Positions 17,907-26,783 are shown, counted from the first letter of the stretch. The stretch is DNA of 45,110 nt from Candidatus Spechtbacteria bacterium RIFCSPLOWO2_12_FULL_38_22 (GCA_001820055.1 MHOK01000022.1:1-45110), one strand, 5' to 3'. Numbers and translations are program-made. The notes: generated by a model not told the origin, from the letters alone.

Positions 17907-18329
17907 CTATTTAACATCGATGCCCATGCTTCTTGCGGTTCCCTCTATAATTTTTGAAGCCGCATCAATGTCGTTAGCACTTAGGTCTTCCATCTTTTGT
18001 TGTGCGATTTCTCTAATTTGTGTTTTGGTTACTTTTCCTGCCTTAACTCGCGGCACTTCACCAGATCCTTTTTCTACTCCAGCCGCTTTACGCAGCAAAT
18101 CTGACGCAGGAGATGTTTTTAGTTTGAAGGTAAAAGTTCTATCTTCATACACCGTAAGCTCCACGGGGACTATACTTCCCTTTTTATCTTTTGTGGCGTC
18201 GTTAAACTGCGTAACAAAATCCTGGATGTTTATTCCCTGCGGACCAAGCGCCGTTCCTACTGGTGGAGCAGGTGTCGCCGCTCCCCCTTGAACCTGAAGT
18301 TTTATTATTGTTTTTATTGGTTTTGCCAT
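17907..18329 (-). CDS. rplK: 50S ribosomal protein uL11
   Basis: [35 protein letters not shown]..., the canonical uL11 sequence. Confidence 0.96.
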   Translation of the reverse strand: MAKPIKTIIKLQVQGGAATPAPPVGTALGPQGINIQDFVTQFNDATKDKKGSIVPVELTVYEDRTFTFKLKTSPASDLLRKAAGVEKGSGEVPRVKAGKVTKTQIREIAQQKMEDLSANDIDAASKIIEGTARSMGIDVK

Positions 18330-18486
18330 TTTTTATTCGCTAACGCTCATAATAATATGATTCGAATATACGAATGTTTATGCGAATCTACAAATAATAC
18401 ACATGCCCTTGCTTGTTTTTGTATAAAATTCGTAGATTCGAATAATTATTCGTTGATTCGCATCATACCATAAACGAAGCGCGAGC
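18330..18486 (-). repeat. Duplicated intergenic spacer, copy 1 (nusG-rplK)
   Basis: The whole spacer is homologous to 19033-19190. The core at 18346-18491 differs from 19050-19195 at about 5 positions by eye. It forms a long imperfect hairpin built from ATTCG/CGAAT units. Confidence 0.9.
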
Positions 18487-19032
18487 TTATATTTTAGTTA
18501 TTTGCAAGTAGTCAAGCTCAACCGGAGTTTCGCGCCCAAACATGTTCACTAAAACATTTATTTTCCCTTTTTCTTCGTCCACGCTAGAAACTTTTCCATC
18601 AAAATCTTTAAACGGACCGTCGTTAATTTTTACCACGTCACCCACCTTCGCGTCAATCTTATGACGAGGCTCATCAATACCCATTCTTTTTTGTAGTTCA
18701 TCTATTTCTTGTTTTGACACAGGAATCGGGGTGGTGCCTGAACCAACAAATCCCGTAACGCGCGGTGTATTTCTTACAACGTACCAAGAATCATCTGTAA
18801 CAATCATTTCAACTAACACATAACCTGGAAAAATACGCTCTTCAATAATATGACGCTTTCCACTCCTTATTTTTATCTTCTTTTCTTTTGGTACTATTAC
18901 ATTAAAAATTTTATCCTGCATTCCCAAGGATTCTATTCTTTGAAGTAAATTCTGCCGAACAGCATCTTCGTATCCCGAATATGTATGGATTACATACCAC
19001 TTTCTTCCTCTTTTTAATTTTTGTTTTGGCAT
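18487..19032 (-). CDS. nusG: Transcription elongation factor NusG
   Basis: NGN domain (WYVIHTYSGYE) and a KOW motif (GDVVKINDGPFKDFDGKV). Confidence 0.95.
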   Translation of the reverse strand: MPKQKLKRGRKWYVIHTYSGYEDAVRQNLLQRIESLGMQDKIFNVIVPKEKKIKIRSGKRHIIEERIFPGYVLVEMIVTDDSWYVVRNTPRVTGFVGSGTTPIPVSKQEIDELQKRMGIDEPRHKIDAKVGDVVKINDGPFKDFDGKVSSVDEEKGKINVLVNMFGRETPVELDYLQITKI

Positions 19033-19190
19033 TTTATTTCGGCTACTGCCTCATAAAAATATGATTCGAATATACGAATGTTTATACGAATCTACAAATA
19101 ATACATACGCCTTTGCTTGTTTTTGTATAAAATTCGTAGATTCGAATAATTATTCGTTGATTCGCATCATACCATAAACGAAGCGCGAGC
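19033..19190 (-). repeat. Duplicated intergenic spacer, copy 2 (secE-nusG)
   Basis: See 18330-18486. In both copies the repeat begins at the stop codon of the upstream gene and runs to the start codon of the downstream gene. Confidence 0.9.
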
Positions 19191-19385
19191 TTATAATACA
19201 AATTTAGATAGTATCCATTGAAAAAACAAGTCTAATCCCCCCAAATAAATCCCTGTCGCTATAGATACAATCAAAATAAGTAATGTATAGTTTATTACCT
19301 CGCGTCGAGTTAACCAATTAACTCGCTTCATCTCTATTTTGACCTCTCTTAAAAAACGAACGATTTTTGAAAATATAGCTGTCAT
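19191..19385 (-). CDS. secE: Preprotein translocase subunit SecE
   Basis: 64 aa. The segment EVKIEMKRVNWLTRREV followed by a single TM helix, in secE-nusG-rplK synteny. Confidence 0.88.
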   Translation of the reverse strand: MTAIFSKIVRFLREVKIEMKRVNWLTRREVINYTLLILIVSIATGIYLGGLDLFFQWILSKFVL

Positions 19386-19539
19386 ATTTTTGTATTTTTA
19401 TCCGCCTTCGCTCAAGGCTACGGCCTGGCTACGCCAATGGCTATGCCATGGCGAGCGGGATTAAATGGTTCTAAGCTCGCTTTGCTCGCTAAAAACCATT
19501 TTTAAAAGCCCTCGACGGGCTTTATGGATTATTGCTTGT

Positions 19540-19567
19540 ATTATACTACTTTAGATATTTTTGTCAA
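19540..19567 (-). promoter_or_regulatory. Promoter for the secE-nusG-rplK unit
   Basis: Minus strand TTGACA-16 nt-TATAAT. Confidence 0.6.
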
Positions 19568-19582
19568 ATCAAATTGTTATTA

Positions 19583-21808
<2,226 letters not shown>

Positions 21809-21823
21809 TTATAACAAATATAC

Positions 21824-22471
21824 TTATAAATCGTTGTAGCTGATACTTTTAATGTTTTCCTCTTTTAAAACTGGCTGTAGTTCTATTATACCCTGGTAAT
21901 CTTTTTCTCTTGACTTGTTAAAAGCTGAGGCAGAATTAGGGTCATACTGGCCCGGATGCACGCATAACTCGTAGGTACCGCCCGCCTGCATTTGTTTTAA
22001 AAATTTATTCATTTCCGGCCAGTTAAATTCCCAATATTTTCCACCAAAACGAAAAAAGGGTTGCGGAGTATTTTTTGTTTTTATATTTTTCTGTCCATGA
22101 TTTCTTATGGGTAAATTGTGTTCATCTGCAAATTTAGTTGCCTCATCAGAACTTTCTATAAACTTATGCACATCTACGTGGCTGGGTCCAAATCCAAAAA
22201 TTTTTTTAAACAATTCGTATTGGCGAGCTATTTCTTTTTGGTCCAAAATAGACTCCGCTCTTGATTTTGACTCTACATGTAACCCAATGCTTATGTTTTT
22301 TTGAGTATTTAATTTCTTTAATCTTTGTATTTGTTCTTTCTGTTCATCGGTTATCCAATTTACCAAAACTGTGGTAGATTTTATAAAATCCTTCTCCAAC
22401 AAATCTAAAATTTTTTCGTTAAATACCTTGCTATAACCAAAATCATCCGCGTTTATTATTAGTTTAATCAT
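21824..22471 (-). CDS. YdjC/ChbG-family carbohydrate deacetylase-like protein
   Basis: N-terminal LIINADDFGYS motif, 215 aa. Confidence 0.7.
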   Translation of the reverse strand: MIKLIINADDFGYSKVFNEKILDLLEKDFIKSTTVLVNWITDEQKEQIQRLKKLNTQKNISIGLHVESKSRAESILDQKEIARQYELFKKIFGFGPSHVDVHKFIESSDEATKFADEHNLPIRNHGQKNIKTKNTPQPFFRFGGKYWEFNWPEMNKFLKQMQAGGTYELCVHPGQYDPNSASAFNKSREKDYQGIIELQPVLKEENIKSISYNDL

Positions 22472-22488
22472 ATTTGTGAATTAAAAGT

Positions 22489-23616
22489 TTATCGTAACTC
22501 TGCGTTAAATTGTTCAGCTGTTTGGTTGTAAACCTTTTCCTGAATGTCATTAACTTCTTCATTTGTAAGAGTGCGCTCGTTGCTTCTATAAATAATTCGG
22601 TAGGTATAACTTATTTTGTCTTTTCCAAATTTTTCTTCATTTGCATATTTATCCAAAAGCTCAACTTCTTCAACTAAATCGCCACCAATGTCTCGAATAA
22701 GGTCAAAATAATCGTTTGGCACAAATCCTTTATCCACGATAAAAGAAACATCTCTTGGGGCAGGAGGGTACTTACTAACCTCTTCAAATTTGTTGCCAAG
22801 ATGAAGTTGTTTTTTGATTCTATCATCCTCAGACCACAATAATCTGATGTCGGGCAAATCCGTACTTAACATAGCAAGGCGCTCTAGCCCAAAACCAAAA
22901 GCCCATCCATTATATACGTCGGGATCTACGCCCAAATTTTTAAGGACAACACCGCGCACCAAACCGCTTCCCAAAACCTCTAACCAATTGCCACGAACCT
23001 TTATTTCTAATTCAACACTGGGGTCTGTATATGGAAATTCGTCCACGTTAAAACGGTGTTCAATGTCATCTCCATAAATTTTTCTAGCTATTTTTAAAAG
23101 GATATCCTGCAGATCTTGGATTGTAATAATCTTTTTGTTTTTTGGAGTAAGATACCATCCGTCTATTTGGTGAAACACATTCATGTGCTGACGATCCAGT
23201 TCGTCTCTGCGATATACTTTTCCATATGCGATAGCTCCAACGGACATACTGTTTTTTATCTTCTGTTTTACTGCTTCCGCCATTAAATGGTAATACCACA
23301 TAATAGTAGTATGGGTACGCAAAATATGCTTCTCATCTGCATAATAGGTATCGGATTTACTGCGCGCTGGATGATCTTTAGGGAAATTAAATAAATCAAA
23401 ACTAATATCGGCTCCAACAATTTCTGGTATGTTCACAATATCAAAATCTTTAAAATCCGGAAGTTCTAATACCCGATGTACAATTTCTGCTATGGGACTG
23501 CCCTCCTTTCGCGACAAATCAGGCATACTTAAAAAACGCTTTATGCGTTTACTATTAGTATCATCCTTATTTTCAAGAGATTTTTTGATTTTTTCCTCTT
23601 CCTCAAAAGTGACCAT
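22489..23616 (-). CDS. pheS: Phenylalanyl-tRNA synthetase, single-chain type (PheS catalytic core fused to an FDX-ACB anticodon-binding domain)
   Basis: Motif 2 YRRDELDRQHMNVFHQIDG and motif 3 GWAFGFGLERLAML. C-terminal SKYPPAPRDVSFIV...YRIIYRSNERTLTNEEV matches FDX-ACB. The ATG at 23616 is preferred because upstream track codons overlap a promoter. Confidence 0.88.
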   Translation of the reverse strand: MVTFEEEEKIKKSLENKDDTNSKRIKRFLSMPDLSRKEGSPIAEIVHRVLELPDFKDFDIVNIPEIVGADISFDLFNFPKDHPARSKSDTYYADEKHILRTHTTIMWYYHLMAEAVKQKIKNSMSVGAIAYGKVYRRDELDRQHMNVFHQIDGWYLTPKNKKIITIQDLQDILLKIARKIYGDDIEHRFNVDEFPYTDPSVELEIKVRGNWLEVLGSGLVRGVVLKNLGVDPDVYNGWAFGFGLERLAMLSTDLPDIRLLWSEDDRIKKQLHLGNKFEEVSKYPPAPRDVSFIVDKGFVPNDYFDLIRDIGGDLVEEVELLDKYANEEKFGKDKISYTYRIIYRSNERTLTNEEVNDIQEKVYNQTAEQFNAELR

Positions 23617-23623
23617 CTTATGT

Positions 23624-23652
23624 ATTTTAACGCATTTTAGGAGTAAAAACAA
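23624..23652 (-). promoter_or_regulatory. Putative pheS promoter, possibly giving a leaderless mRNA
   Basis: Minus strand TTGTTT-17 nt-TAAAAT, then 7 nt, then the ATG at 23616. No Shine-Dalgarno sequence. Confidence 0.4.
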
Positions 23653-23685
23653 GTGGATATTTTAACGACTATTAGCCTACTATAG

Positions 23686-23720
23686 GGTTGCCAAGCAACC
23701 CTATAGTAGGGTGTCAACTC
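23686..23720. repeat. Palindromic element (TATAGGG family), copy 2, intergenic
   Basis: CCTACTATAGGGTTGC-CAA-GCAACCCTATAGTAGG, with 16-nt arms. Confidence 0.85.
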
Positions 23721-23926
23721 ATAGGTTATAACTGACTTCAACTCTCTCCCTTCGAACTGGCTTTTCTAATCGCCTCATATGAGGTTGAGGCGATTAGAAA
23801 ACGGCTCAACTTTCCGCCGACTGGCGGATTGAGCCGTTTAATTTCTTAAAATTTCACCCTTGTATACAAAAATTCCACTCTGCCACAGGGTAACCCTGTG
23901 GCCATGTAGTAAAGTGCTGAGTAATA

Positions 23927-23957
23927 CAAAAGCCCCTCGACAAGTTCAGGGCTTTTT
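23927..23957 (-). terminator. Rho-independent terminator
   Basis: Minus strand AAAAAGCCCT-GAACTTGTCG-AGGGGCTTTTG. Confidence 0.6.
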
Positions 23958-23965
23958 ATTCTCGT

Positions 23966-24070
23966 TTAGTGCTTCTTTTTCTCTCGCTCTTGAATTTCGT
24001 GCCATCTGCGCATTAGTTCCTTCAATCTTTTTGTAGTACGGTTCATGCTTGCAATCTCTTCCTTTGTCAT
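23966..24070 (-). CDS. Hypothetical 34-aa basic helical mini-protein
   Basis: My own translation is MTKEEIASMNRTTKRLKELMRRWHEIQEREKKKH. It is preceded by AAAGAGGGAAAG and followed by a terminator. It is below the ORF-track size cutoff. Confidence 0.35.
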   Translation of the reverse strand: MTKEEIASMNRTTKRLKELMRRWHEIQEREKKKH

Positions 24071-24129
24071 TGCCACTTTTAATCTTTCCCTCTTTAATAC
24101 TTCTAAAGCGATCATAACATACTATTAAA

Positions 24130-24152
24130 ATACCCGTCAAAGTGACGGGTAT
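24130..24152 (-). terminator. Rho-independent terminator after the ACAD-family gene
   Basis: ATACCCGTCA-CTT-TGACGGGTAT followed by TTTTAAT on the minus strand. Confidence 0.75.
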
Positions 24153-24156
24153 AAAA

Positions 24157-25761
24157 TTATCTAAGGTATGTGCTTTCCAATTGTTCAAACTCCCCGTCAG
24201 CAATTGCAAAAGCTCTCCTAACAACCTCATCACTCACATCTGAAAACTCTTTTGCGCCATAACGACGCCCTGCCAAGATAATCGTTGCTCCTTCCAAAGA
24301 TCCAAATGCTTCTGTTGCCGCAAAATATGGCGCGGGAAGATTTCTTGGATTTTCAATAGGATATTTAAATATAATCTGCTGTAAGGTGTTAAAAAAACGC
24401 ATGCGTCTTTCATAAACCCCTGCTCTATAAGCGACGTCATCCCAAGCATTCATATCTCTAAAGTTATAAACAGCAAATGGCCAAATTCTTACAACATCGT
24501 GCGGTTCAGCGGTAAGTACGCCAGACTGAATTGCTTTCAAAAACCCGCGGGCAACAAGCATGCTTTGAACTTGACTCGTCCCTTCGTAAATTGCTGTTAT
24601 GTAAGAGTCATTAAGAATTCTTCCAATAGCATAGTCCAAAATGTAGCCATTACCGCCAAATACCTGAAGTCCTTGTGTTGCAACCTTGCGTACATATTCT
24701 CCGCAAACCAATTTAGCAAGAGAGGCTTGAGCGTCATATGGACGCGAATCACCAGAAGGAAATTCATCTTTCATTGTAGAAGACTGAAGAGTAAGAGCCC
24801 ACATGATGCGATTGCGCGCTTCCATGTCAAGCAATAGTCCATCACGAATTGCATGTTTTTCATAAATACTTTGGCCAAAAGCTTTGCGTTCTTTTGCATA
24901 TCTCAATGCCTCATCATATGCAGATTCGCCAATACCCACAGCTTGCCCTGCAATTACCGTAGCACGAGAATCACACAAAGTTGTCAGATTAACCTTTCTG
25001 TAGCCATCGTGCAAAGGACCAAGAATTGCAAAAGCTGGGGTTTCGGTAAATATCATTTCGGTTGTAGGAGAATGAGTTAATCCAAGCTTATGTTCATTTT
25101 TGCTTGTATCAAGTGCGCCTCTGGCACGCTCCTCGTCACAATCTACAATAAACACGGTCATTCCTGTATCTTCATTTGCTTCATGCATTTGAGGATCAGA
25201 GATTGCAAGCACTAGCGCATAGTTTGCTTTCCACCCACCCGTAATAAAGCGCTTTGTGCCGGTAATACGCCAAATACCATCTTGACCCAATACGGCCTTG
25301 GCTCGAATTCCTGCGACATGGCTTCCAGCTTCTCCTTCGGTTTGAGCAAAACATCCATCTTTACCAGCTAAAAGTTCTGGCGCAAGCTGCGCTTTAAGAT
25401 CTTCGCTTCCGAAGTTAAAAAGTGGCGCGTTAAAAAGTGAATTGCCGGCACCCACAGAAAGTCCAAGGTCAGCAGCTCCGGGAACACGACACACTTTTCG
25501 AGTAAATGAAGTCAACATACGCGCAGTTATCTGTTCTCCGCCATACTTTTGCGGAATTGCAAACGCGTGTGTGCCAAGTTTTTGAAAAACTCTTACAGAC
25601 TCGTCAAAAACTTCTTCGCTAAGCTCGTGATGTTGTAACGCACGGCTGGCAAGCGGTTTCAAATCCCTTTCACAAAAATCGTCAAAGACCTCGTCCATTT
25701 CGTTTTCACCTTCGCGCGTAGTGAACAACTTATCGGCAGTTAATACCACATCTTGCGTCAT
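24157..25761 (-). CDS. Acyl-CoA dehydrogenase-family flavoprotein, long form of 534 aa
   Basis: ACAD blocks CFAQTEGEAGSHVAG, GTKRFITGG, FGGNGY and IYEGTSQVQ. The ATG at 25761 follows the Shine-Dalgarno AAAGGAG. The track's longer N-terminus runs through an upstream terminator. Confidence 0.85.
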   Translation of the reverse strand: MTQDVVLTADKLFTTREGENEMDEVFDDFCERDLKPLASRALQHHELSEEVFDESVRVFQKLGTHAFAIPQKYGGEQITARMLTSFTRKVCRVPGAADLGLSVGAGNSLFNAPLFNFGSEDLKAQLAPELLAGKDGCFAQTEGEAGSHVAGIRAKAVLGQDGIWRITGTKRFITGGWKANYALVLAISDPQMHEANEDTGMTVFIVDCDEERARGALDTSKNEHKLGLTHSPTTEMIFTETPAFAILGPLHDGYRKVNLTTLCDSRATVIAGQAVGIGESAYDEALRYAKERKAFGQSIYEKHAIRDGLLLDMEARNRIMWALTLQSSTMKDEFPSGDSRPYDAQASLAKLVCGEYVRKVATQGLQVFGGNGYILDYAIGRILNDSYITAIYEGTSQVQSMLVARGFLKAIQSGVLTAEPHDVVRIWPFAVYNFRDMNAWDDVAYRAGVYERRMRFFNTLQQIIFKYPIENPRNLPAPYFAATEAFGSLEGATIILAGRRYGAKEFSDVSDEVVRRAFAIADGEFEQLESTYLR

Positions 25762-25798
25762 TTTGGCTCCTTTTGAATTGTTACTAGGTTCTGCGCCA

Positions 25799-25827
25799 AG
25801 TGTAGCATAAAAAAACTTCAATTTCAA
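25799..25827 (-). promoter_or_regulatory. Putative promoter of the ACAD-family gene
   Basis: Minus strand TTGAAA-17 nt-TACACT. Confidence 0.4.
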
Positions 25828-25861
25828 TCCCCCACACAAATAAAATAACCCCCAAATTAAT

Positions 25862-25885
25862 AAAAAACTTGCCATATTTGGCAAG
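25862..25885 (-). terminator. Rho-independent terminator after the 56-aa ORF
   Basis: CTTGCCA-AATA-TGGCAAG followed by TTTTTTATT on the minus strand. Confidence 0.7.
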
Positions 25886-25886
25886 C

Positions 25887-26057
25887 TTATATTTTTATTA
25901 ACTTATCAAGAGCTGTTCTTACAACTCTTATCAATCCCGCACCCGAGGTCCGACTAACAGGAGCGCAGAAATCTACTTTATTTCTTTCCAACACCCAAAA
26001 GGGAACAAAACCAACTTCTCTCAATTCCATATCTTTTATGCGTCTTTGGATATTCAT
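25887..26057 (-). CDS. Hypothetical 56-aa protein
   Basis: My own translation is MNIQRRIKDMELREVGFVPFWVLERNKVDFCAPVSRTSGAGLIRVVRTALDKLIKI. The Shine-Dalgarno GAGGTG lies 6 nt upstream and it has its own terminator. It is below the ORF-track cutoff. Confidence 0.4.
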   Translation of the reverse strand: MNIQRRIKDMELREVGFVPFWVLERNKVDFCAPVSRTSGAGLIRVVRTALDKLIKI

Positions 26058-26171
26058 GTGGACACCTCGTCTCGTGTACTAGAAATATTATACTATTTGA
26101 AAATAAAAATGCCCTGTGGATTAATTATTTAAAAAAAATAAAAAATTCAGTTTTTCAATTACTAAACTAAT

Positions 26172-26220
26172 AAAAAACAGTTCGTGGCACTGGGTCTTAT
26201 CGACTCAGCGCCACGAACTG
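26172..26220 (-). terminator. Strong rho-independent terminator
   Basis: CAGTTCGTGGC...GCCACGAACTG (11-bp outer stem plus inner pairing) followed by TTTTTT on the minus strand. Confidence 0.8.
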
Positions 26221-26227
26221 TCATATC

Positions 26228-26452
26228 TTAGGTCTTATTAGCGGTGTTGTGTGAGAACACTCCGTGTCCAGAGGGAGTCTGACGCAACCCGATAAGACGC
26301 TTTGCGTTCCTTGCGACCATCGCCTTCGCGTCACCAAAACGCATCTCGCCCTCAGGAGTACCAGAAGGCCACCCTTCAAGTCCCGGGAGTTGCGTATCGC
26401 AACACGGGGGCAGGTGGCACACATGCTTGTCCTTTGTTCCGCCTCCAGCCAT
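26228..26452 (-). CDS. Hypothetical GC-rich 74-aa protein (CHLPPCC motif); could instead be a structured RNA
   Basis: Consensus Shine-Dalgarno AAGGAGG 7 nt before the ATG. The ORF fills the space between the promoter (26485-26513) and the terminator. All three frames are open here, so coding status is uncertain. Confidence 0.45.
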   Translation of the reverse strand: MAGGGTKDKHVCHLPPCCDTQLPGLEGWPSGTPEGEMRFGDAKAMVARNAKRLIGLRQTPSGHGVFSHNTANKT

Positions 26453-26484
26453 TAACTACCTCCTTCGTAGCTGTCTAGTTTAAA

Positions 26485-26513
26485 TTTATATCATTCATTA
26501 CAATCTGTGTCAA
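26485..26513 (-). promoter_or_regulatory. Near-consensus promoter of the GC-rich 74-aa unit
   Basis: Minus strand TTGACA-17 nt-TATAAA. Confidence 0.65.
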
Positions 26514-26519
26514 TATAAC

Positions 26520-26548
26520 TTGCTTTATGCTTGATAAATTGATATAAT
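26520..26548 (+). promoter_or_regulatory. Promoter of the tRNA operon
   Basis: TTGCTT-17 nt-TATAAT. The tRNA 5' end lies 6 nt after the -10 box. It sits back to back with the 26485-26513 promoter. Confidence 0.6.
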
Positions 26549-26553
26549 TTTAC

Positions 26554-26625
26554 CGCGGGGTAGTGAAGTAGTATCACGCGAGGCTCATAACCTTGAGATC
26601 GGGGGTGCAATTCCTCCCCCCGCAA
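26554..26625 (+). tRNA. tRNA(CAT), initiator-like (C1:A72) with atypical D- and T-loops
   Basis: Hand-folded as CGCGGGG TA GTGA AGTAGTA TCAC G CGAGG CTCATAA CCTTG AGATC GGGGG TGCAATT CCTCC CCCCGCA A. CCA is not encoded. Confidence 0.7.
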
Positions 26626-26763
26626 CAAAGTGGAGGGTATACAAAGCAAGGCATCTTGCTTTGTATATGGAATTGCAAGACGGACTGAGCGAAGCGAAGG
26701 AGTCCGGGCAGGAAGCACTTAGCGATGCCGAGCTTATCGAGGCAGAGCTTAATGACTTGACGC

Positions 26764-26783
26764 CAATTCCTCCCCCCGCAACA
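26764..26783 (+). repeat. Exact 20-nt duplicate of the tRNA(CAT) 3' end
   Basis: CAATTCCTCCCCCCGCAACA occurs at 26608-27 and again at 26764-83. Confidence 0.9.

Noticed and set aside
23946-24233. 95-aa track ORF overlapping the 3' end of the ACAD gene
   Set aside because: It overlaps the ACAD CDS and its terminator. A shorter 34-aa ORF in another frame, with its own Shine-Dalgarno-like sequence and terminator, explains the region better, though even that is low confidence.
25762-25884. 41-codon N-terminal extension of the ACAD ORF (track start 25884)
   Set aside because: It passes through the rho-independent terminator of the upstream 56-aa ORF and a promoter-like sequence. The internal ATG at 25761 has the Shine-Dalgarno AAAGGAG.
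26690-26720. GAAGGAGTCCGGGCAGGAAGCAC resembles RNase P P4 (GAGGAAAGTCCGGGC) and SRP (GGAAGCAGC) strings
   Set aside because: The surrounding region is too short for RNase P RNA. There is no 3' P4 partner (ACAGAANCCGGCTTA-like), no GNRA-capped SRP helix 8 and no supporting long-range pairing. It is more likely another GC-rich hairpin insert.
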